DNA of 52,479 nt from Bdellovibrionales bacterium (lineage in GTDB: Bacteria > Bdellovibrionota > Bdellovibrionia > Bdellovibrionales > DASUEL01): assembly GCA_050250255.1 (NCBI GenBank), contig JBFWOZ010000020.1, forward strand, positions 1 through 52,479. Reading direction: 5' to 3'. Every line of letters starts with the position of its first letter. Within the stretch, counting starts at the first letter, position 1. Shown here piece after piece: positions 1 through 8,386 of the stretch. The position numbers and the translations under genes are program-made. The notes beneath the pieces are model-generated. The model was not told where the DNA came from, made no database searches, and saw only the letters and a program-made list of their open reading frames with translations.

Positions 1-2
1 CC

Positions 3-254
3 ACATCTTTTGTCGTGAACTGTAAAGATCAAAAAGAAGTGGATTATTTCTGGGAGAAACTTTCGGCAGACCGGGCGTCAGAGCAATGTGGCTGGCTAAA
101 AGATAAATTTGGCGTTTCTTGGCAGATTGTCCCTGAAGAGTTGAATAAACTCATGAGCGACGCTGATCCGGTAAAAGTGGAGAAGACGATGACAGCAATG
201 CTGAAAATGAAGAAGCTTGATGTTGCGAAATTGAAAGAGGCCTACGGTAGTTAA
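3..254 (+). CDS. VOC/PhnB-like (3-demethylubiquinone methyltransferase-like glyoxalase) protein, 5' truncated
   Basis: Frame is open to the window start; SFVVNCKDQKEVDYFWEKL...CGWLKDKFGVSWQIVP is the typical family C-terminus. Confidence 0.85.
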   Translation, partial: TSFVVNCKDQKEVDYFWEKLSADRASEQCGWLKDKFGVSWQIVPEELNKLMSDADPVKVEKTMTAMLKMKKLDVAKLKEAYGS

Positions 255-268
255 TTGAATAAACCTTA

Positions 269-303
269 AACACCAGAGTGCCTCTTCGGGGCACACGGGT
301 GTT
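269..303 (+). terminator. Hairpin after the VOC gene, possible terminator
   Basis: AACACC/GGTGTT outer stem and GTGCCT/GGGCAC inner stem; no clear U tract. Confidence 0.35.
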
Positions 304-372
304 CTAAGTCCCTAGAATTCCTCCCTAAAAGGTACATACTTTGCTCTTTCATGAAACTGGAGGAGCATCTTA

Positions 373-1326
373 ATGGTTACTCATACAGAAAAAATCGCAT
401 GGGTCTGTGTTTATTTACTCATTTTGTCTTCCCTCATCAGCTGCGACAGCAGTTTACGAGCGATGAAAGAGCAAGGGCAGATCGAGTCGGCACTCACAGT
501 TATTAATTTACCTCCGGAAGCATATTCGTGTGGTGGCGAAAGATTTGAATCGGATCTTTACCACGAAGGTAGCATTCATGGACAAAACGGTTGGACGACT
601 TTCCTTTCTTCTTTTAGTCAAGAAATCGTAAGATCAGATTCTGCTTGTCGAGGAAATGGTATGTGGAAATTAAGTAACTCGGTGACCGATGGTGGATACT
701 GGAATCAACCGTCATCGCCTGTTTTAACTCACGGAAGTGGGGAATCAGGCGTGCGTCGAGACGGAGATGGGGATGCTATGAGTCTCTCTTTTTTCTTTCG
801 AACTGTAGCGCCCAATGCAGATGGATCCGAATTTACCGTGAGCTTATCTCCAGAAGAAGCAGATCGACATGTGCTTCTGACCATCGTGAATGATACGAAC
901 GCAAAAGGTGGATTACAGATTGTCACCACCGAATTTAAAGGAAGTTTTGTTTCACGCGTGCTTGCAAGAAATCTATCGAGAACAGAGTGGCATCATGTTA
1001 AAATCAGCTCTCAATTGGTCGATCGAGTGAGGCCTACTGAAGGGCCAAACGATATCGTAACAATTTTTGTGAACGGAAAATTTGTTTATCAGCAAACGAG
1101 CTGGGAGAAATATTTCTGGGATCGAAAAAATGCGAATAAACAAAAAGAAATGCGCGTTGACCGACTCGTACGAACACTTTTTCGTCTCCCACCCAATTCC
1201 ATGCTCAAGGCTCGTTTTCCTGACGGACGAGATGGATTTTTTATTGATGATCTTAAGCAATGGACTTTTGATAGCGCCAACCCATCTGTAGTCATCGATC
1301 AATATAATACAGGGTTCGAACTTTAA
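373..1326 (+). CDS. Hypothetical lipoprotein, possibly concanavalin A/LamG-like beta-sandwich
   Basis: GGAGGAG RBS; hydrophobic N-terminus with lipobox LISC; WHHVKI...IFVNG and FFIDDL strands resemble ConA-like folds. Confidence 0.6.
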   Translation: MVTHTEKIAWVCVYLLILSSLISCDSSLRAMKEQGQIESALTVINLPPEAYSCGGERFESDLYHEGSIHGQNGWTTFLSSFSQEIVRSDSACRGNGMWKLSNSVTDGGYWNQPSSPVLTHGSGESGVRRDGDGDAMSLSFFFRTVAPNADGSEFTVSLSPEEADRHVLLTIVNDTNAKGGLQIVTTEFKGSFVSRVLARNLSRTEWHHVKISSQLVDRVRPTEGPNDIVTIFVNGKFVYQQTSWEKYFWDRKNANKQKEMRVDRLVRTLFRLPPNSMLKARFPDGRDGFFIDDLKQWTFDSANPSVVIDQYNTGFEL

Positions 1327-2165
1327 GAGAGTACGGATAATTCTTTCTTAGGGTTTTCAAAAATTTTGTGAATCGTTTGACACATGTGACTCGCATGTAC
1401 GCCATCAATCACCCGATGGTCAAAGGTCACGCAGAGACGAATCAAGGGCAACACAACCACTTTTCCGTCGCGTACTTCCGCTCGATCTTTGATCGCTCCC
1501 ACTGCAATAAGAAGAGGAATACGGCAATAAGGCACAAGTGGCACGAAGGCAGTTTCAAGCCCTAAAGAGCCAATGTTCGTAACCATGGCGCTACCAAAAG
1601 AATCTTTGGGGACTCCAAAAAGAGGAAGCCAGATATTGAGTCCGTACATAATAAAGCCAGAAAATTGTATGAGGTATTTTGCGAGAAACCCCGGTAGTAG
1701 AGACATCATATTTTTCATTTTTTTGTAAGAGGCGTCTTTACCTTTTTTAACTTTGTCCACAGACAAAGACATTTCTCGCGCTAACTCACTCACACTTTTG
1801 GTGTCCACGTTACGAGCTGTGACGCCGGAGAGATCTTGACCTTCCAAATCACTCGCGACTTGATAGAAAATATCGATCGTTTTTCGGGGATAGAGTTTGC
1901 CAAAACGTAACACCGAGTTGATGTCGGGATGACGACGTATGGTTTCCGCAATGGCTTTTCCTACAAAGTGGGTTGCAGTAATGCGTTCACCAGTTCGAGT
2001 TCTTTCTCCCTCAAGGTACTGAAGCATTGCGGAAGCATCGAGATCCATCATCCCGTAAACGCTGGGGTCACCTACGGTATTCCAGGTACCAATAGCGATC
2101 TTTCGCCAGGACGATAATCTTTGAGGTGGCCCATATTGAATATTTTGAGAGAAAAATAATGGCAT
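1323..2165 (-). CDS. 2-oxoacid dehydrogenase E2-type acyltransferase, catalytic domain only
   Basis: RKIAI start, GSAMVTNIGSLG and TFDHRVIDG catalytic motif; no lipoyl domain. Confidence 0.85.
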   Translation of the reverse strand: MPLFFSQNIQYGPPQRLSSWRKIAIGTWNTVGDPSVYGMMDLDASAMLQYLEGERTRTGERITATHFVGKAIAETIRRHPDINSVLRFGKLYPRKTIDIFYQVASDLEGQDLSGVTARNVDTKSVSELAREMSLSVDKVKKGKDASYKKMKNMMSLLPGFLAKYLIQFSGFIMYGLNIWLPLFGVPKDSFGSAMVTNIGSLGLETAFVPLVPYCRIPLLIAVGAIKDRAEVRDGKVVVLPLIRLCVTFDHRVIDGVHASHMCQTIHKIFENPKKELSVLS

Positions 2166-2311
2166 AAATTAGCTATATCCTGTGCTTCAGTTTTTTGCGA
2201 GACTTTCAGCTGTTTTAAGAAGTTATTCAAAAATACTGAGATTTGTATCAAGATGAGAATTTCATTTCATTAGCTTTCAGAAGTCTCTGAAACAATTAGC
2301 GAAAATCGTTT

Positions 2312-2338
2312 TAAGTTAGTAGCCCGAAATGCCGAAAA
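2312..2338 (+). promoter_or_regulatory. sigma28 (FliA)-like promoter
   Basis: TAAG-N15-GCCGAAAA against consensus TAAA-N15-GCCGATAA. Confidence 0.7.
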
Positions 2339-2346
2339 GAAGTGGT

Positions 2347-4608
2347 ATGGCTGCACGTATGTCGAGACTAAAAATCAATAGTTCGGGTTTCATGATTATC
2401 GAAGGTGTGATTGCCGTCATGCTCACACTCATCATTGCAAGCGGTGTTGGTTATTATGTGAATAGTAATTCTACGAGTTCCATTGCTGTTGGTAATGCCT
2501 CTTATTGTAATCAGTATGTCACAAGTTTTTCTAGTTTTTTACAAAGTAGTCAAAACAACCTTACGACGATTTCTTCTGGAGTTGCGCTGACATGCTCAGG
2601 CACCGTGCAAGCTGTTCCGCAGTCTGCGGTAGATCCTTATTGTCCTACGACAAATGCAGGATTGAACGTCACTGGTCCTGCCGGTGATCAGGTAGTGCGG
2701 CGACGTGCACTGTTATGTGGTCAATTTAGTGGAGAGCCCGCAGATTCTCAGGTTTTTAGAAATGGTGCGACTTGGGCGCAGAATCTTTATATTAACTGCG
2801 GAAATGCTGCGGGTTGTGGTTTTGGTACTTCTGGTCTTTTGCATAATCTCATCAGCGCAACTCCACTCGTCTTAGATACAGATGTGCAGATTCAAACATT
2901 CTATGATCTTTTGCCCCAGCCTTGGCTTTTTCCGGCCGGTGGCTCGCTTGATGAATTAAATCCATCGCCTGTTCGGTTGGAAGTATCCATCAGGCCTTTG
3001 AATGTTTTTAATCGTAACGTCACTTTTAACTGGGGTGCCGGACCAACAAGCTTTGCAACCGCCTATAAAGTGAATGACCCCAACGGATATCAAATTACAC
3101 TTCGTCCTTATTTTAAAAAAGTCGCGCGACTTCCGGTGTCTGCAGAAAACCCTATGACGGGTTGTCAAGATGTCACGATGATCGTGGGTTTTACTCAGGA
3201 TAATTCCTCAACAACACCGATTGTGGGCGCCCCATGGCTTACGGAATTGGTGAACTCAGGAGCTGATGGAGTTATTGACCAAGTGGATCCTAACGGTGCC
3301 ACCAATGCGGACAACTCGGTTTTGAATGCTCCTAACAACATCTATTATCGTGACGGAAGTGTTCGACAGGCTGGCGCGAAATGTAGTTGTCCGACTGTTG
3401 CAGCAGGAAGTTTCGTGGGAGAGTCTTGTGTAGGCTGGGATGATGTTGGTGTTTTTGCACGTCTTAATGAACCTCATGCCGTGCCCGTTGCGGAAGCTGG
3501 GGTGAATACAACTCCAGAGCAATGTGCGGAAGCTGTTTACCCGGGCGACTCGGATATGCGTGATTACACCTTGGCGACAAATGAAACATATTTATCTTCG
3601 GTGTGGAGAAATATGCCACACAGTCGTCTTCTCTCTGTGGGGATCCGTGATTCAGCAGGAAATCTTCTTGTGAGTGCGGCAGCTCCCGCAACCCCTCAAA
3701 GTGTGATGATTATTCCCGGATTTTGTCCTGCAACCAATACTTATTGTTCAGATGGTTCTCAAACAGACTTAGGTAATATGGCCACGAGTGCTGCGGCCTG
3801 TGGAGCCAATACGAATACTTATCCAGGTGCTGCGATGAATATTAATTGTAAACCTCACGATGGATGTTTCGGACTTTGTGGAAGTGGATCTCGCGCTTAC
3901 AATAATCCCGCAGGTCATCAAGCCAATTGTCCCGCAACCAATACTTACTGTTCTGTTGGCGTGAATCGCGGGCCTTATGCCTGTACTGCGGGCATAGATT
4001 GTACTCTTGATGCGAGATGTGCAGATAGCGTCTGCGATGAGTGCGGGCATGATACATGTCCTAACTCAACAATTCCTGTTGGGAATACTTGCCCTGCGAC
4101 AGCTTCATATTGTCCTGCAGCGGTAGTAGGTGGTGGCGGAATCTGGGGTAGACCTACGGATACTTGTGGAGCGGCTTGCCCTGTAGGGACACGTGCGGGT
4201 GTAGGGTGTCCAAATCCTGCGGCCGTATGTATAGGAACAGGTACGGGTGTTGACGATTGTGGAAACGCATGTCCAGCAGCAACCTATGGCGGTGGCGGTT
4301 GTGCAGATCCTGCAACTGTTGCTTGTGGAGTGGCTATTAATAATGATTGTGGATTTGCTTGTGGTACCACGGGAACTTCTGGGTGTGGTGGTGGTGGCGC
4401 CGGTGGTGGTGGCGGGTGTCCTGAATATGGATGGGATATGGCGGCTGAAGCGGCCCATGGTGCTGGGGGGCACTACCATTGTTTAGGTGATGGTGGTTGT
4501 GGTGATGGAACTTGGGGTGCCGGAGATTGCGAAGCTGTTCACTGTGTTGATTTCTGCTGTAGCTCTGCGGGCATGAGTTGTTGTGACGCTGGCATGGGTG
4601 GTTGCTAA
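2347..4608 (+). CDS. Large type IV pilin-like Cys/Gly-rich protein, paralog A
   Basis: Prepilin cleavage motif G|FMIIE plus hydrophobic helix; Cys-rich C-terminal half; start moved to ATG 2347 (or 2359) because ATG 2329 overlaps the promoter. Confidence 0.8.
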   Translation: MAARMSRLKINSSGFMIIEGVIAVMLTLIIASGVGYYVNSNSTSSIAVGNASYCNQYVTSFSSFLQSSQNNLTTISSGVALTCSGTVQAVPQSAVDPYCPTTNAGLNVTGPAGDQVVRRRALLCGQFSGEPADSQVFRNGATWAQNLYINCGNAAGCGFGTSGLLHNLISATPLVLDTDVQIQTFYDLLPQPWLFPAGGSLDELNPSPVRLEVSIRPLNVFNRNVTFNWGAGPTSFATAYKVNDPNGYQITLRPYFKKVARLPVSAENPMTGCQDVTMIVGFTQDNSSTTPIVGAPWLTELVNSGADGVIDQVDPNGATNADNSVLNAPNNIYYRDGSVRQAGAKCSCPTVAAGSFVGESCVGWDDVGVFARLNEPHAVPVAEAGVNTTPEQCAEAVYPGDSDMRDYTLATNETYLSSVWRNMPHSRLLSVGIRDSAGNLLVSAAAPATPQSVMIIPGFCPATNTYCSDGSQTDLGNMATSAAACGANTNTYPGAAMNINCKPHDGCFGLCGSGSRAYNNPAGHQANCPATNTYCSVGVNRGPYACTAGIDCTLDARCADSVCDECGHDTCPNSTIPVGNTCPATASYCPAAVVGGGGIWGRPTDTCGAACPVGTRAGVGCPNPAAVCIGTGTGVDDCGNACPAATYGGGGCADPATVACGVAINNDCGFACGTTGTSGCGGGGAGGGGGCPEYGWDMAAEAAHGAGGHYHCLGDGGCGDGTWGAGDCEAVHCVDFCCSSAGMSCCDAGMGGC

Positions 4609-4636
4609 AATTAGCGTCTCAAATCAAGTCGCTAGT

Positions 4637-4663
4637 TTAGCTATGTTCTTTATTTTCCGACAA
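4637..4663 (+). promoter_or_regulatory. sigma28 (FliA)-like promoter
   Basis: TTAG-N15-TCCGACAA, 6 nt before ATG 4670. Confidence 0.55.
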
Positions 4664-4669
4664 GTTTGT

Positions 4670-6976
4670 ATGAGGAATCGACAACATTCTCGGAAAATTC
4701 GTCATGATTTGGGATTCATGATGATTGAAGCCGTTCTTGCCGTTATGCTCGCGCTCATCGTTGCGAGTGGCGTGGGCTATTTTCTAAATAGCACTTCCAA
4801 TAATTCTAAAACCACAAGTACCTCCTCTTACTGTGGACAATATGTTGTGAGCTTTAATAGCTTTGTTCAATCCAGCGACAACACTTTAAAAACAATTTAC
4901 GGAGACCTGGCGCAGATATGTACTGGTAGTGTGAGTGCGGTACCTCCTTCGGCGACAGATCCTTTTTGTCCAATGACAAATGCAGGATTAAACACAACGG
5001 GCCCGGCGGGCGATCAGTTGGCGCGAAGACGAAGTCTTCTCTGTGGGCAATATAATGGTGGCCCTGCCGACCCTCAGCGTATGAGAGGTGTTGCCACTTG
5101 GGCGCAAAATCTTTACATCAATTGTGGAAACTCATCGGGTTGTGGATTTGGGGCTTCGGGGTATTTACATAATCGTATCAACGAAACTCCTCTTGTTCTT
5201 AATACCGACGCACAAATTCAAACATTTTACGATCTCCTGCCGCAGCCGTGGCTTTTTCCTGCGGGTGGTTCGGTGGATGAGTCGAATCCATCGCCTGTGA
5301 GATTAGAAGTTTCTATTCGCCCCCTCAATATTTTTCAGAGAAATACTACTTTTGATTGGGGCGTTGGCCCTACCACGTTTACAAATGCTTATCGCGTGAA
5401 TGATCCTAACGGTTATCAAGTGGTAATTCGTCCGTACTTTAAAAAAGTCGCAAGACTTCCGGCTTCTACAGAAAATCCAGAGCTTGGCTGCCAAGATATT
5501 CAGATGGTCGTCGGATTTTCAAGAGACAATTCAAGTCCGACCGCCATTACGGCGACCCCTCCATGGACTGCTCAACTTGTAAATTCGGGACCTAACGGAA
5601 CGATTGATCAAGCAAATCCTGCGGCGGCTACAAATGCCGATAATCCAACTCTCAATGCGCCAACAACAATTTATTATCGCGATGGAACCGTCAGACAAGC
5701 GGGCGCTATGTGTAGTTGTCCGAGTGTTGCGGCGGGAAGTTACAGCGGAGAATCTTGCATTGGTTGGGATGACATAGGAATTTTTGCGCGCTTGAATGAG
5801 CCGCATGCTGTTCCGGTTGCTGGCGCGGGAGTGATTGCGCAACCGAACCAATGTGCTTCTGCTGTCTATCCATCAGAAGCGCAAGCGCGTGACTACACAA
5901 TTGCTAACGATGAAACCTACATGTCAGTTGTTTGGAGAGGGATGCCTCATAGTCGTCTCCTCTCTGTAGGAATTCGCGATTCTGCGGGGAATCTTCTGGT
6001 CAATGCGACAAATCCATCGACTCCACAAACCATCATGATTCTTCCTGGCTATTGTCCTGCTCCAAGTTCTTATTGTGCCGATGGATCACAGACGGACGTG
6101 GGAGTTGTCGCGACAAATGCTGCGGCTTGCGGAGCGACCACAAATACTTATCCAGGTACGGTAATGAACATCAACTGTAAACCTCATGATGGATGTTTTG
6201 GACTTTGTGGAAGTGGCACGCGTGCTTACAACGTACCGGCTGGAAATCAGGCAAATTGTCCTGCGACAAACACCTATTGTTCCGTTGGTTTTAATCGGGG
6301 TCCCTACGCGTGTACTCCTGGTATCGATTGTAGTACGGATGTACGTTGCGGCGACAGTGTATGTGATGAATGCGGACACGATTCTTGTCCTAACTCGACA
6401 ATTCCAATTGGCAACACTTGTCCTGCAACGACCAACTATTGTGCGGGTGCCGTTGTTGGTGGCGGTGGAGTTTGGGGAAGACCCACGGACACTTGCGGAA
6501 ATGCGTGCAGTGTAGGGACGCGTGTAGGTGTAGGTTGTCCAAATCCTGCGGCAGTTTGTATCGGTACAGGCACAGGCGTTGATGATTGCGGACAAGCATG
6601 CCCAGCAGCGACGATGGTGTGTTGTGTGCCGAGTTGTGCGGATCCTGCGAGTGTATGTTCTGGCGATTCTATCAGCGATGGTTGCGGTGGAAACTGTGGT
6701 GGTGCAACAGGTACGATGGCATGTGGTGGACCAGGTGGTGGTGCGGGTGGCGGCGCGGGCGGTGGATGTATTCCGTCGGGTGCGCAGTGTTCTGCGTACT
6801 ACGATCCCAACCCTGAATGTAATGGCGGCGTAAGTTTTGACAATTGTGGAAATTGTTGTAACGGCGTGAACGGTCATCATTCCGGAGGGAATGCGACTTG
6901 TCCTGGAGTTGACGAGTCAGATCCAAAATGGACTGCTGGTAATTGGCCGCACGTTTGGTACGAAGTCTGTGACTAA
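4670..6976 (+). CDS. Large type IV pilin-like Cys/Gly-rich protein, paralog B
   Basis: Basic leader MRNRQHSRKIRHDLG|FMMIE plus hydrophobic helix; colinear with paralog A up to CPAAT, then divergent. Confidence 0.8.
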   Translation: MRNRQHSRKIRHDLGFMMIEAVLAVMLALIVASGVGYFLNSTSNNSKTTSTSSYCGQYVVSFNSFVQSSDNTLKTIYGDLAQICTGSVSAVPPSATDPFCPMTNAGLNTTGPAGDQLARRRSLLCGQYNGGPADPQRMRGVATWAQNLYINCGNSSGCGFGASGYLHNRINETPLVLNTDAQIQTFYDLLPQPWLFPAGGSVDESNPSPVRLEVSIRPLNIFQRNTTFDWGVGPTTFTNAYRVNDPNGYQVVIRPYFKKVARLPASTENPELGCQDIQMVVGFSRDNSSPTAITATPPWTAQLVNSGPNGTIDQANPAAATNADNPTLNAPTTIYYRDGTVRQAGAMCSCPSVAAGSYSGESCIGWDDIGIFARLNEPHAVPVAGAGVIAQPNQCASAVYPSEAQARDYTIANDETYMSVVWRGMPHSRLLSVGIRDSAGNLLVNATNPSTPQTIMILPGYCPAPSSYCADGSQTDVGVVATNAAACGATTNTYPGTVMNINCKPHDGCFGLCGSGTRAYNVPAGNQANCPATNTYCSVGFNRGPYACTPGIDCSTDVRCGDSVCDECGHDSCPNSTIPIGNTCPATTNYCAGAVVGGGGVWGRPTDTCGNACSVGTRVGVGCPNPAAVCIGTGTGVDDCGQACPAATMVCCVPSCADPASVCSGDSISDGCGGNCGGATGTMACGGPGGGAGGGAGGGCIPSGAQCSAYYDPNPECNGGVSFDNCGNCCNGVNGHHSGGNATCPGVDESDPKWTAGNWPHVWYEVCD

Positions 6977-7053
6977 ACTTCGTATTACCGAAGAGTGTCA
7001 TTGAGTCTAAAAGTTTTCTTTTCTCTCTCGGTCTCCTGTGTTTAGATAAATAC

Positions 7054-8337
7054 GTGGGGAAACAAAAAAGTTTTTTTAAAAAATTTCTGTTGAAAAAGAA
7101 ATTGCTTTGGGCTCTTGCCATTGTGATTGGCCTATTCAGTTTTAAAATTCTTCTCGATCAAACGGTAGAGTACGAAGCGAACGAAGATGCCTTAGAAGCC
7201 GAGACTCTTGTAGAGTCTGTAGAGGACATTTATCCCCATCTCATTGTTCCAGGAACCACCCTTTATGCAGATTTATTAAAATTAAATGTCAGCGGTTCAA
7301 CAATTCATAAAATTGTTCAAGCCGCAAAACCTGTGATGGATCTCAAACATCTTAAACCTGGCGTTCGATTTCAACTCTTTTACATACCGCAGTCGATGAC
7401 AGAACTCGCTTCCATTAAATTTCGCTTCTCTCCTGTAGAAACTTTAGAAGTGAGAAACGAAACTGGAAATTGGGTCGCAGAAAAAATCACCGCAGAAGTA
7501 GAGACCAAAATCACTCATTTTATGGGTTATGTGACCAGTTCTCTTTGGGAGTCCGCAGAGAATGCGAAGATGGATCCCAATCTGATTTCTGAGCTCGCCG
7601 AGATTTTTGGTTGGCAGGTCGATTTTGCGAGAGAGGTTCGGGCCAATGATCGATGGAGACTTCTGGTTGAACAAAAATTCGTAAAAGATGAGCCCTACGG
7701 CTGGGGTTCTATCATTGCGGCAGAATATGTGAACGCAGGGCAGGCTCACTCCGCTGCTCTGTTAAGAGTGGACGGCAAAGATATGGGTTATTTTGCTCCA
7801 GACGGCTCGAGTCTTCGTCGAATGTTTTTAAAAAGTCCTATTCGTTACGGTCGGATTTCTTCCAGGTTCCAGCGGAAAAGGTTTCATCCTATTTTAAAAA
7901 TTATGCGTGCCCATCAAGGTGTTGATTATGCAGCTCCGCAAGGTACTCCGATTCGAGCCGTGGGAGACGGGGTTGTGAAATTTGTGGGTTGGAGCGGTGG
8001 TGGAGGGAAAGTGATTAAAATCCGCCACAATTCTACATACGAAACAGCTTACAAACATCTGAGCGGTTTTGCTAAGGGACTACGTTCAGGGTCCTCTGTG
8101 CAACAGGGACAGGTGATTGGTTATGTGGGTAACACAGGCCTTTCAACGGCTTCACATTTACATTTTGAGTTTTTCGTGAGTGGACGATTTGTAGATCCGC
8201 TCGGAAGAAAATTCCCTACGGCGGAACCTGTGCCGTCAAAGTTTCTCTCTGTGTTTAAAACAGAAGCACTGACTCAGCTTGCGAATCTTCCACCATGGCA
8301 GTCGATCGTACCTGCTCGTGAGCCTGCGACTTACTAG
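7054..8337 (+). CDS. M23 family peptidoglycan DD-metalloendopeptidase (MepM/Csd3-like)
   Basis: N-terminal TM; HQGVDYAA (HxxxD) and HLHFE (HxH) zinc motifs; FLKSPI-RISS-R-HPIL segment. Confidence 0.92.
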   Translation: MGKQKSFFKKFLLKKKLLWALAIVIGLFSFKILLDQTVEYEANEDALEAETLVESVEDIYPHLIVPGTTLYADLLKLNVSGSTIHKIVQAAKPVMDLKHLKPGVRFQLFYIPQSMTELASIKFRFSPVETLEVRNETGNWVAEKITAEVETKITHFMGYVTSSLWESAENAKMDPNLISELAEIFGWQVDFAREVRANDRWRLLVEQKFVKDEPYGWGSIIAAEYVNAGQAHSAALLRVDGKDMGYFAPDGSSLRRMFLKSPIRYGRISSRFQRKRFHPILKIMRAHQGVDYAAPQGTPIRAVGDGVVKFVGWSGGGGKVIKIRHNSTYETAYKHLSGFAKGLRSGSSVQQGQVIGYVGNTGLSTASHLHFEFFVSGRFVDPLGRKFPTAEPVPSKFLSVFKTEALTQLANLPPWQSIVPAREPATY

Positions 8338-8386
8338 AGCCTATTTATGAGATGAGCTCTAGAGCAGATACGAATTTAAAGTTTTA

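Noticed and set aside
6086..6880. 264-aa antisense ORF and the many other short overlapping ORFs in the track
   Set aside because: They are shadows of well-supported genes on the opposite strand or another frame, with Thr/Arg-rich composition mirroring Gly/Cys codons.
2347..6976. Diversity-generating retroelement acting on the pilin tips
   Set aside because: No reverse transcriptase in the window and no template/variable repeat pair; the tips are non-homologous rather than differing at adenines.
8334..8365. CTAGAGC...GCTCTAG as a MITE
   Set aside because: Only a 7-bp stem between convergent genes; better explained as a terminator or chance.
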